From assembly GCF_053078305.1 (NCBI RefSeq), contig NZ_CP166879.1: a DNA stretch of 64,000 nt; one strand, 5' to 3'. Below the pieces are notes generated by a model, which had not been told where the DNA came from, did no database searches, and saw only the letters and a list, made by a program, of their open reading frames with translations. A program made the translations under genes and the position numbers. Below, piece by piece: positions 53,591 to 63,703 of this stretch. Positions within the stretch are counted from its first letter, which is position 1. Every line of letters begins with the position of its first letter.

Positions 53591-55737
53591 CTACGAGAAC
53601 ATGAACTTCACTCTGGTCTCATCATTACCGATATCATCATCAGTATTACTATCCGTATCATTAGTGACTAAAGTGTTCAGGACAGTGGGTTGCAGTGTCG
53701 GTACCGGTGTCCCCGGACTCCCCCCACCATTAAGATTTATCTTCGGCCCCACTATATCCACGCCGCCCGGCTGAATAACGATAAACGAGCCACCCACCTT
53801 CAGGCTTATCCGGCTGCTGCTCTCCAGCACGATATCCCCGTCCACCTTTATCCCCAGCGCGCCACTCACCTTCCTCGCCAGGTCCCCCTTCACCACCAGG
53901 CTGTGTTTCCCCTCCACCAGACTGATATGGTTCCCCGTCGTCTTATGCTCCTGCTTCCCTTCCACCGTCACTTTACGGTCGTTTCTGACGTACAGACCGT
54001 CATCGTGACTCACGCTCACCGTCCGGTCATTCGTCACCTTCAGAGTCTGGTCATTACGTACTGTGATACGCCGGTCGTTCGCCACCGTGATACTCTGGTC
54101 GTGGCCCCCTCTTTTTTTGTACCGACCTGAACCGTCTGGCCCTTCACCACCGTTATCTTCTGGTCGTTACCAATGGTTTCCGTGTGGTCATGCTTCACGT
54201 CCGTCGTCCGGTCGTTGAGCACTTCCGTATCCATGTTCTTCTGCGCATGGATATACACCTGCTCATTACTGGTGGCGTCTTCAAACCGCAGCTCGTTAAA
54301 TCCGCTTCCTTTATAGGTTTTTGACCGGATGGTCATCTGCGTCTTCGTTCCCGGCAGGTCGCCCGGCGAACGGTTGTCCTCATGGTACGTCCGCCCCATG
54401 ATTATCGGCTGGTCCGGGTCGCCGTTCAGGAAGTCCACTATCACCTCCTGACCCACCCGCGGTATCGCCAGATTACCGAACCCCGGCCCCGCCCACGCCT
54501 GCGATACACGCACCCAGCATGAACTCGCCTCCGTCATCCCGTGATAACGGTCCCAGTGGAACTTCACCCGTACCCGGCCATGTTCATCGCAGAAGATTTC
54601 CTCTCCCGCAGGCCCGGTGACAATGGTGCTCTGTGGCCCGTCCACCTTCGGTTTGCTTTGCAGCCGTGGACGCCACGTCCGGTCTGCCGGTATCACCTCT
54701 AACTGATTTCCCAGTGTGGTTCCTCTCCCCTGGCTGCCGTGCAACGCCTGCGGCTGGCTTCCTGACAGTATGCTCTGTACCACCTGCCATTCACGGTTCA
54801 GCATCTTCTGCGGATGCCCCGTCAGCGTAAACCGCGTTCCCGGCCACAGCTTCGGTGAATTACTCTGCCCTGTGGCCTTTTCCGCATCACTGCGCAGGCT
54901 GTCCATCTGATACAGCGTGAAATCCTTGCCGTGCTGCTCATCCTTGAACCTTCCCGGATAATCAAATATCTCGTACTGCGCGTGCTGTCCGTTCAGCCTC
55001 TCACCCTGCTGTTCGTATATCCCCGGCCAGTCCGGCACCTTAAACGTGTAATCCTGACTCTGCACCGACGACGGGCGGACATGCGCCTCATAACGGAACA
55101 TACTGAGACACTCCGTCTCCGCTCCTGCCGATGTGTCCGGGTTAAACGGAAGCTCTCCCGCCTGTGACAGCCCCGCCACATCGTCGCACAGCGTCAGCTT
55201 CTGCTCCGGGCTGTCCGCCGCAAACCGCTCAAAGAAGAAAATCCCCTCCTCCGCCCACAGCCGGGACAGAAACGCCAGGTCGCTCTCTCCGTACTGGACA
55301 CAGAACTCCCGCGCCGGATGGTCCTCATAAAACAGCGGCGTCCACTCCGTGACGCCGTTCTCGTTCAGTAACGTGGCCGATATCGTCCGGATATCCTGCT
55401 GCTGAAAAATACGAAAGTTCTGCCGCAGCCCGCACCGCCATAACGGCGGCTCAATACGCAGGTGATAACGCATCTGCCAGCCGTTGTTCTCCTGCATGCC
55501 AAAGCCCGCCACCACGCCAGTGACATAACGCAGCGGAATGACGCCCTGCCAGATGGTCAGCGTTGCGTTCTTCTCCAGCAGCATCTCCGCCGTCTGCATA
55601 AAAGAGTCGCTGGCAACATCCACACTCATCACAAACGGATAAGACTGGTTCTGGATTAACCTGAAATTCACCACTGCAAAGGTGTCCGGCTCCTGGCCGT
55701 CAACCTCCAGCGTAAAGCGAAGACCTTTTAAGGACAT
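53591..55737 (-). pseudogene. vgrG: vgrG (T6SS spike) copy 1, frameshifted
   Basis: ORFs 54040..55737 and 53591..54085 are consecutive VgrG segments in different frames; shift maps to the C5 run at 54105-54109 (N-frame KKEGATT, C-frame GGHDQSITVANDRR; copy 2 reads KKEGGHDQ). Confidence 0.75.
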
Positions 55738-55755
55738 AAATACCTCTCTGGTATA

Positions 55756-56040
55756 TCAGCCTATATTTACCGTGCCGCCACCAATAACCACGCCGCCGCA
55801 GTCAATGGCATCACCGGTTCTGGCGGCGGGCAGGCCGTCAATAAAGACGGTTGAAGAGCCTCTGGCGATTTTTCGGGGATGAGGTGGATGCTTCGGTTTA
55901 GCATGCGGCGTCGGCGGATCTCCCTGACGGGCTGCGGGGAGACCATCGATAAAAACGGTGGATGACCCGGCGGTGATGACGGTCTCGTAATAACCGTCGT
56001 GCTGAGTGCCTTTGTCGGTGAGTTTGGCTGCTAAAGGCAT
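55756..56040 (-). CDS. PAAR-domain protein (T6SS spike tip), copy 1
   Basis: 94 aa with two GLPAAR(Q/T)GD motifs; 18 bp upstream of vgrG copy 1. Confidence 0.85.
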   Translation of the reverse strand: MPLAAKLTDKGTQHDGYYETVITAGSSTVFIDGLPAARQGDPPTPHAKPKHPPHPRKIARGSSTVFIDGLPAARTGDAIDCGGVVIGGGTVNIG

Positions 56041-56395
56041 AATTCCTCCTGTTCAGAATTTCTACAGCAGCAGGTTTCAAAAATCCGGAGAAATATTCAA
56101 CGAAACATTAATCACTTCACCGGATATTCTGACACGTACCTTCACTAGTCTATTTAAGTAATACAAATTGTTGGCGTGTAATACCCCATTCTCCTTTCAT
56201 TATCTTTGCCTTTAAAACAGAAAGTTCTTGAAATATATATTTAAGGAAAAAACCACGATAAACACCACAAGGATAATATAAATCACCAAGTTATCGAAAA
56301 TTTAAAAAATCACGCGTCAGATCTGATAAAAAATAGGCTATCACATGTAACTCCTGGGCGATCTCGCAAAAATTAAATTATAAAAATACATGACG

Positions 56396-57376
56396 CAGGG
56401 CAAGATTACGAAAACCCGCTCCCCGCAAGGACTGACGTCAGGTAGTTTCTGTCCATGGCTGCTTTTCGCATCTTACGTCTTAACCCTGCCCTGGATACCT
56501 TATCATTCATCAAAATATTAATAGCAATGTGCCGTATCCCTGAAAATAATTCTGCTGCGTTTCCTCTTCTTATTTTGCAGTCGTCTTCATTCATTACCAC
56601 GCCCAGACGCCAGTGCAGCTTATTCTCCACGTACCAGTGGTTTCGGATTGCTGTGGCGAACTTCTCTGCGGTTAAATCAGCAGAACTGATATAATATCTG
56701 ACCGTCATTTTGGGATTTTTCTTTTGTTCTGCTATTATTGAGCGAAATGAGACTGCCATGCATAATTTCTTCAGCCCTTTCCATTCAAACGTGAAATCAA
56801 TAAGTTCATCAGGGATATCGCAGACAATATGGAGACGGATTTTAATGACATGAATCACTCCCCTGCGGCGACTCTTGTCATAAGAGTGCCGGAGCGTTTT
56901 TCCATCAATTGCAATGACGTCTTTATCATCTGAAGAATGGCAGTCACGCATCCAGTTAATAAAGCACTCGTGAAATTTTGCAGGACTGATACAGGATACA
57001 ACACTGGCAATGATATCGTGAACAGGAATACCATTTTCAAAATCACCATATCACTTCAAAACATCGGGATGTGTTTCCCCAAAATCCTCTATATCTCCCA
57101 GTCTTATGCACCAGAAATAACGGCGCAAATAGTTAACAGATAGAATATCTGGCAATTTATGTTCCACTTTCCAGGCTTGCCTGTAATCGGGGATAACAGA
57201 AATATGTTCCATCAATTTTTTAAGTTCCATTTTGTTCTCCTTAATTATGTAAGGGGTATTTGATCATGTGTAAGCAATAAAAAACAGCTTCAGGCAATAA
57301 GGAATATCTCAATTTTCAAACATAAAATGTGAATTATTTAGTACAAAAAGTGTACTTCTGATGATCTTTCCCTGCC
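56396..57376 (-). mobile_element. H-repeat (ISAs1-family) element copy 2, degraded
   Basis: About 93-95% identical to copy 1 over about 980 bp with the same internal deletion junction ([17 protein letters not shown]), plus extra frameshifts splitting the frame (ORFs 56406..56951 and 56855..57049). Confidence 0.75.
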
Positions 57377-57453
57377 CTTGTTTATTAGGTATATACCATA
57401 AATACTGAGTATTTTATTGTGCTATTTGTTTATTAAAAATTTGCGAGCAATAA

Positions 57454-57933
57454 TTAAAGATTGCCATCTTCATTGCCGACGAAATAAATATCAAATGAAC
57501 ACTCCAATCCAAGATTAGCCATTATTTTCATCTGCTCAGGCCATAAAGTTGGCCCACCGTGCCAATTCAATGATCTCCAGGTACAGTCAATACCCATTGA
57601 AATATTTTCTAATGCTTGCAATTTTGCAATATTTGATGATTTAGGTCCAAGTTTGTGAAGTAGCCAATCCAGATGTTCTCGAATATCTTTCGAGTTCACT
57701 AGATTTTCTGACGAGAGCATCCAATATGAATTTTTTGCATATCTTTTCTTTCCCGATAGAGTAATAATTTCATCTCCTTTTATATTAATTGATGTTGGCT
57801 CAAGTTCTAAGTGAATACTTATTTCATTAGGGTGAGTATTACCTGTGTAAATCAAGAGGCTAGCATAGCACTCATCACAACTTGGATATTCATGAGATAT
57901 CGGGGTAAGCCTTGATTGTATATTCTTAATCAT
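57454..57933 (-). CDS. Candidate immunity protein for the PAAR-like toxin
   Basis: 159 aa, no signal peptide; start overlaps the toxin stop by 4 bp (ATGA). Confidence 0.5.
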   Translation of the reverse strand: MIKNIQSRLTPISHEYPSCDECYASLLIYTGNTHPNEISIHLELEPTSINIKGDEIITLSGKKRYAKNSYWMLSSENLVNSKDIREHLDWLLHKLGPKSSNIAKLQALENISMGIDCTWRSLNWHGGPTLWPEQMKIMANLGLECSFDIYFVGNEDGNL

Positions 57934-59063
57934 AAATAATCCTCTATGTTTCCTAAAATATTTCCTGAGTCATCAATATAATCACCATTATCAAGTATTC
58001 GACCATGGTGATCACCTCGTAAGCGTAAATCTTTTTTCAACTTTTCTAAAGCTTTCCCCCATTCTCTCCTGTTAATATTTTTACCAAAAAATTCATTTAA
58101 CTCCCTGGCAGTTCTTGCCTCAAGAGTATTACCTCCAGTTTGTAATACTCTCGGAACTCTTCCCGCAGCGCCAACGCTTGGAGGAACAGGAATAGGCAAT
58201 CCATTTGCATCCAGCACAATTTTAGCACCGCTCCTCCCCATTCTGCCAACCGATTTTATTGCAAACTTCGCTGAAAACTTGACCAAACCTTTCACCAGTG
58301 CTCCAACCCCGGTCATAAGTTCCAGCCATGGCTCAACCTCCATCGCCATTGCTTGGGTTTCATTGGCAGGTTTCAACAATGGCTCTCTAGGATCAATAGT
58401 TTCCATTACCTCCCTGTTGGTCTCATTCGCCCGCTCCATAATTTGGGTATCCATCCCCAACCCTCTCGCCAGAGCAATATTACTTTCCATTTGGGCAATG
58501 TCATTTTGCATCTGACCTTTGGCAATCAATGCACCCAACATATACCAGCCATTAATAAATGCCTTGCCTAATCCTATCATTGCATCTGCTTCTTGCTTTT
58601 TGGACTCAAGCTCAAACTCTTGCTGTTGTCTTTGCAGTTCCAGATACCTGGCCCAAAGCGATGATTCTTTAACAGGTATTATCTGATTTGGCAGGTTTGT
58701 CTGGGTATACAGTTTTCCAACAGTATTATCATTATTCATGGCAACCAGCGAAAGATTCCTGGCTACCGGCTTTCCCTTGCACTTTATATGATCCACGCCT
58801 GTCAGTATCCGGCAGTCACCGCTGCCCAGACTGGTGCCAGAACTGACACCTTTCCCGGCATTACTTCGTGTACCTGCAATAATACAGTCCACGGTCAGTA
58901 CTGGATTGCCCCGTGCCCTGACATTGCTGATATAAATTTTCTCATGTGTCAGGTCCTGAAAGCTGTCAAACGGCACTATCGCATCACCAACCTTGCAGAC
59001 ATCAGGCGCAATACATATCGCAACGTACTTCGATTCACGACAACCAATATGATTTTCAGCCAT
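57930..59063 (-). CDS. Candidate T6SS effector: N-terminal PAAR-like (DUF4150-type) domain with C-terminal toxin domain of unassigned family
   Basis: N-terminus CRESKYVAICIAPDVCKVGDAIVPFDSF fits the PDVC…P.P(F/Y) PAAR-like pattern; C-terminal 100 aa basic with a DHHG…N…N segment. Confidence 0.55.
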   Translation of the reverse strand: MAENHIGCRESKYVAICIAPDVCKVGDAIVPFDSFQDLTHEKIYISNVRARGNPVLTVDCIIAGTRSNAGKGVSSGTSLGSGDCRILTGVDHIKCKGKPVARNLSLVAMNNDNTVGKLYTQTNLPNQIIPVKESSLWARYLELQRQQQEFELESKKQEADAMIGLGKAFINGWYMLGALIAKGQMQNDIAQMESNIALARGLGMDTQIMERANETNREVMETIDPREPLLKPANETQAMAMEVEPWLELMTGVGALVKGLVKFSAKFAIKSVGRMGRSGAKIVLDANGLPIPVPPSVGAAGRVPRVLQTGGNTLEARTARELNEFFGKNINRREWGKALEKLKKDLRLRGDHHGRILDNGDYIDDSGNILGNIEDYL

Positions 59064-59997
59064 GAGGTCCCCTCTGCTCCGTCGTCAAAACAATACGTTG
59101 TGGAAGAGAATCCACGGGGAGCGTTAAGCGCCAGAGTAGTGTTAGTTGCTCATCGTCTGTGTGGATGGTCAGTGTGTCAGCCAACAATGGGCGCAGTTCT
59201 ACGTTTTTATCAGAGCGGTAAAACAAATACGCCAATAGTCTAATATCTGGAAGGAAACAAATTTGTTCCATTTTAGAAGGTAATAGGCCGTTCAATATAA
59301 TTTTTTCATTGCCAATTAAATAACCATCGTATTGTTGTTCTGGTGGAGAATAATTCATGAATGCAAAATCGAATTCATCTGGATAAAAAGGTTGAACAGT
59401 CTTTTGCCACTGTTCTGTAAAACCTCTGGCATAGCGCAATCGTGAAGGCCAGCTACGGCAAATAGCTCCTGGTGAGGCAGATAACTGTGGAGCTGGACAG
59501 GGCGATTTATCGCCAAGCGTTATCAGGGAGGGAATAACAATGCCTACAGGATTAAATTCACTGGCTGACGCCAGTTCATGGCGTAACAGTACCCGATCAG
59601 TTAATTCAGGTTCGCTAAGTTGCCAGCGGTTAGATATATATTGCCATTGGCAAGGGCCACATATATCAAATTGGCGCTGAAGATTACCAACCTGTAAACT
59701 GGCCTGCCATCGAGTGGTTTCCCCGGTGGCATGCCATGCGTGTCCATTTAATAAAACATCTGCCCTGACTTTTCTGCAAACCAAATCGGTTGCTGTTTTA
59801 AGACTGCTGCTTTCCGGTTCGCCGTACCAGGAGTCGGTCATCAGTGGCAGTCGCTGCTCATCCGCAATCAGACAGAGACCGCCGCTATATGAAAAATCAA
59901 ATGTCTGATTAACTACCACTACTGTGAATAACTCACCATAATATCCCACTTTTTCGAACTGAAAGTGAGGTAAACCAGTTTCATTTTCAATATTCAT
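59056..59997 (-). CDS. Candidate DUF2169-type adaptor protein
   Basis: 313 aa between vgrG and a PAAR-like effector, overlapping the effector start by 8 bp; family assignment is by context and size. Confidence 0.5.
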   Translation of the reverse strand: MNIENETGLPHFQFEKVGYYGELFTVVVVNQTFDFSYSGGLCLIADEQRLPLMTDSWYGEPESSSLKTATDLVCRKVRADVLLNGHAWHATGETTRWQASLQVGNLQRQFDICGPCQWQYISNRWQLSEPELTDRVLLRHELASASEFNPVGIVIPSLITLGDKSPCPAPQLSASPGAICRSWPSRLRYARGFTEQWQKTVQPFYPDEFDFAFMNYSPPEQQYDGYLIGNEKIILNGLLPSKMEQICFLPDIRLLAYLFYRSDKNVELRPLLADTLTIHTDDEQLTLLWRLTLPVDSLPQRIVLTTEQRGPHG

Positions 59998-60012
59998 GTT
60001 AATTTCTCCAGA

Positions 60013-61977
60013 TTAATCCAGATCAATATCTGCGCCGAAAATATTGATTTTATCTTTTCCTTCAATCTGGATACTTTTACCATTGAGAATGATAGTACCG
60101 TCCTTATTCATTTTCAGTAAGCATTCACCGACTTTAATGGTGAGGCTGTTGGTAACTGTCAGGCTGTAATCTTCTCCAACTTTAATATCCTGGGATTTCA
60201 CGACTTCTTCGGTATCTTTTCCTATTATCTTACTGATTTGATCGTTCCCTACATCCTTGTGACGATCGTGGGTAACATCCAGCCGCTGATCGTTTTGTAC
60301 CGTAATGGTCTGGTCATTCGCCACTGTCACTTTCTGGTCATGACCACCTTCCTTTTTGCTCCCCACATTCACCGTCTGGCCCTTCACCACCGTTATCTTC
60401 TGGTCGTTACCAATGGTTTCCGTGTGGTCATGCTTCACGTCCGTCGTCCGGTCATTCAGCACTTCCGTATCCATGTTCTTCTGCGCGTGAATATAGACCT
60501 GTTCCTTATCTGTGGCGTCCTCAAAGCGCAGCTCGTTAAATCCGCTTCCTTTATAGGTCTTCGACCGGATGGTCATTTGTGTCTTCGTTCCCGGCAGGTC
60601 GCCCGGCGAACGGTTGTCTTCATGGTATGTGCGTCCCGTCACAATGGGCTGGTCCGGGTCGCCGTTCAGAAAGTCCACTATCACCTCCTGACCCACACGC
60701 GGTATCGCCAGATTACCGAACCCCGGCCCCGCCCACGCCTGCGATACACGCACCCAGCATGAACTCGCCTCCGTCATCCCGTGATAACGGTCCCAGTGGA
60801 ACTTCACCCGTACCCGGCCATGTTCATCGCAGAAGATTTCCTCTCCCGCAGGCCCGGTGACAATGGCGCTCTGTGGCCCGTCCACCTTCGGTTTGCTTTG
60901 CAGCCGTGGACGCCACGTCCGGTCTGCCGGTATCACCTCTAACTGATTTCCCAGCGTGGTTCCTCTCCCCTGGCTGCCGTGCAGCGCCTGCGGCTGGCTT
61001 CCTGACAGTATGCTCTGTACCACCTGCCATTCACGGTTCAGCATCTTCTGCGGATGCCCCGTCAGCGTAAACCGCGTTCCCGGCCACAGCTTCGGTGAAT
61101 TACTCTGCCCTGTGGCCTTTTCCGCATCACTGCGCAGGCTCTCCATCTGGTACAGCGTGAAATCCTTGCCGTGCTGCTCGTCCTTGAACCTTCCCGGATA
61201 ATCAAATATCTCGTACTGCTCCAGCTGTCCGTTCAGGTTCTCACCCTGCTGCTCATACATCCCCGGCCAGTCCGGCACCTTAAACGTGTAATCCTGGCTC
61301 TGCACCGACGACGGGCGGACATGCGCCTCATAACGGAACATACTGACACACTCCGTCTCCGCTCCTGCCGATGTATCCGGGTTAAACGGAAGCTCCCCCG
61401 CCTGTGACAGCCCCGCCACATCGTCGCACAGCGTCAGCTTCTGCTCCGGGCTGTCCGCCGCAAACCGCTCAAAGAAGAAAATTCCCTCCTCCGCCCACAG
61501 CCGCGCCAGAAACGCCAGGTCCGACTCCCCGTACTGCACACAGAACTCCCGCGCCGGATGGTCCTCATAATACAGCGGCGTCCACTCCGTGACGCCGTTC
61601 TCGTTCAGTAACGTGGCCGATATCGTCCGGATATCCTGCTGCTGGAAGATACGGAAGTTCTGCCGCAGCCCGCACCGCCATAACGGCGGCTCAATACGCA
61701 GGTGATAACGCATCTGCCAGCCGTTATTCTCCTGCATGCCAAAGCCCGCCACCACGCCGGTGACATAACGCAGCGGGATGACGCCCTGCCAGATGGTCAG
61801 CGTCGCCTTCTTCTCCAGCAGCATCTCCGCCGTCTGCATAAAAGAGTCGCTGGCAACATCCACACTCATCACAAACGGATATGACTGGTTCTGGATTAAC
61901 CTGAAATTCACCACTGCAAAGGTGTCCGGCTCCTGGCCGTCAACCTCCAGCGTAAAGCGCAGACCTTTTAAGGACAT
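60013..61977 (-). CDS. vgrG: VgrG (T6SS spike protein), copy 2, intact
   Basis: 654 aa; N-terminal about 545 aa near-identical to copy 1, followed by gp5-like repeats (VTVANDQTITVQNDQRLDVTHD…). Confidence 0.88.
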   Translation of the reverse strand: MSLKGLRFTLEVDGQEPDTFAVVNFRLIQNQSYPFVMSVDVASDSFMQTAEMLLEKKATLTIWQGVIPLRYVTGVVAGFGMQENNGWQMRYHLRIEPPLWRCGLRQNFRIFQQQDIRTISATLLNENGVTEWTPLYYEDHPAREFCVQYGESDLAFLARLWAEEGIFFFERFAADSPEQKLTLCDDVAGLSQAGELPFNPDTSAGAETECVSMFRYEAHVRPSSVQSQDYTFKVPDWPGMYEQQGENLNGQLEQYEIFDYPGRFKDEQHGKDFTLYQMESLRSDAEKATGQSNSPKLWPGTRFTLTGHPQKMLNREWQVVQSILSGSQPQALHGSQGRGTTLGNQLEVIPADRTWRPRLQSKPKVDGPQSAIVTGPAGEEIFCDEHGRVRVKFHWDRYHGMTEASSCWVRVSQAWAGPGFGNLAIPRVGQEVIVDFLNGDPDQPIVTGRTYHEDNRSPGDLPGTKTQMTIRSKTYKGSGFNELRFEDATDKEQVYIHAQKNMDTEVLNDRTTDVKHDHTETIGNDQKITVVKGQTVNVGSKKEGGHDQKVTVANDQTITVQNDQRLDVTHDRHKDVGNDQISKIIGKDTEEVVKSQDIKVGEDYSLTVTNSLTIKVGECLLKMNKDGTIILNGKSIQIEGKDKINIFGADIDLD

Positions 61978-61995
61978 AAATACCTCTCAGACATA

Positions 61996-62280
61996 TCAGC
62001 CTATATTTACCGTACCGCCACCAATGACCACACCACCACAGTCGATGGCATCACCGGTTCTGGCGGCGGGCAGGCCGTCAATAAAGACGGTTGACGAGCC
62101 TCTGGCGATTTTACGGGGATGAGGGGGATGCTTCGGTTTAGCATGCGGCGTCAGCGGATCTCCCTGGCGGGCTGCGGGGAGACCATCGATAAAAACGGTG
62201 GATGACCCGGCGGTGATGACGGTCTCGTAATAACCGTCGTGCTGGGTGCCTTTGTCGGTGAGTTTGGCTGCTAAAGGCAT
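61996..62280 (-). CDS. PAAR-domain protein, copy 2
   Basis: 94 aa, differs from copy 1 by a single residue; 18 bp upstream of vgrG copy 2. Confidence 0.85.
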   Translation of the reverse strand: MPLAAKLTDKGTQHDGYYETVITAGSSTVFIDGLPAARQGDPLTPHAKPKHPPHPRKIARGSSTVFIDGLPAARTGDAIDCGGVVIGGGTVNIG

Positions 62281-62420
62281 AATTCCTCCTGTTAAGAATT
62301 TCTACAGCAGCAGGTTTCAAAAATCCGGAGAAATATTCAACGAAATATTAATCACTTCACCGGATATTCTGATACGTACCTTCACTGGTCTATTTAAGTA
62401 ATACAAATTGTTGGCGTGTA

Positions 62421-62584
62421 TTAAGTTCCATTTTGTTCTCCTTAATTATGTAAGGAGTATTTGATCATGTATAAGCAATAAAAACAGCTTCAGGAAATAA
62501 GGAATATCGCAATTTTTAAACATAAAATGCGAATCGTTCAATACAAAAAAGCAGCGTTGCGTAATCTTTCCCTGATTAAATACG
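62421..62584 (-). repeat. Orphan 5'-end remnant of an H-repeat element
   Basis: About 160 bp matching the 5' terminus and transposase start region of copies 1 and 2 (ttaagttccattttgtt…ctttccctg); no downstream body. Confidence 0.65.
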
Positions 62585-62819
62585 CTACCGCCCTACTCTG
62601 ATGACATGATCTGCACTGCACTATCATATCGACATGTTTCTCTACATGCGAAGAGATGTTTTATTTTCGGATTATATTAAATTGATATTTCATATAAAAA
62701 ACGAAATTACATCAATCATATAAATAATTGTATCAACTTTAATTACTATTCATAGCAAACAAATGGATATCCAGTTAACTACGCCAGTGATTCATTAACA
62801 TTAACCTCCGGCATTATTG

Positions 62820-63437
62820 TTAAATAATGACATTCCTTTTTAATACTTCTTGTAATTTCGGTAACTGACATACAGCATCAGCAATCGCACTGATATTTGT
62901 GGCATTATCCTGAAACCATTCATGCCCAGGCCCCCATGTGCGCATAGTGCAAAGATAACAGTCCACCAGCGTTAGTTGCTCACCAAACGCATAAGGTTCA
63001 GCGGTCAATTGTGAATTCAGCCAGATATAAAGCGATTTACGATATTCAATAACATTCTTCTTTAACTGTTCGGGTGCGTCAGGAGCCCAACGCTCAGGGT
63101 AATCGGCGAAAGTGAATGTTGGATAGACATTAGCAACCAGCCAGACCAATAGCCGTTGAAACTGCTGACGTTCGGCGCGCCCAACCGGTGGCGCAAGGTC
63201 CGGGCGACGATCGAGAACCATCAATGCAATCGCCGCTGTCTCCGTCATAATCTCGTCATTTTCCAGCGCCAGTGTCGGAATCTGACACAACGGGTTCAGG
63301 GTTTTCAATAACTCGCGTGAAGTTCCCTCGTGGTCAAAACCACTGACATCAACGAACTGATAAGGAATATCAGCCAGTGTTAGCATCAGCTCACTGATTG
63401 TAGAGCCCCATCCGGGTACGCCATACACCTTAATCAT
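62820..63437 (-). CDS. yncG: Glutathione S-transferase homologue
   Basis: 205 aa from MIKVYGVPGWGSTISELMLTLADIPYQFVDV. Confidence 0.85.
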   Translation of the reverse strand: MIKVYGVPGWGSTISELMLTLADIPYQFVDVSGFDHEGTSRELLKTLNPLCQIPTLALENDEIMTETAAIALMVLDRRPDLAPPVGRAERQQFQRLLVWLVANVYPTFTFADYPERWAPDAPEQLKKNVIEYRKSLYIWLNSQLTAEPYAFGEQLTLVDCYLCTMRTWGPGHEWFQDNATNISAIADAVCQLPKLQEVLKRNVII

Positions 63438-63703
63438 ATGCCCCTCACAATCTTTTAAAGATTAAGTGTAGGACAGTACACAGGTTAACCAGCAAAAGGA
63501 TTTGTCATTTTTTCGTCAGTTGTATTAATCCCCTTCAGGATTGTAAGGGGATGTTTTGCATCGTTTATCGATAACGGGTAGGATGCTGCGCCGATAGTTT
63601 TATACCCATAAAGAATAATGGTGATAACTATCATCGCCAGGATGAATAAACATTGTTCATGGCAACTTATATGACTTTTTCATTAAAGCAATCAGGGAGA
63701 GCA

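Noticed and set aside
49614-62584. Repeated blocks considered as a possible CRISPR array or prophage
   Set aside because: Repeat units are kilobase-scale gene duplications (vgrG/PAAR, H-repeat elements), not short regular direct repeats with spacers, and no integrase, capsid or tail genes are present.
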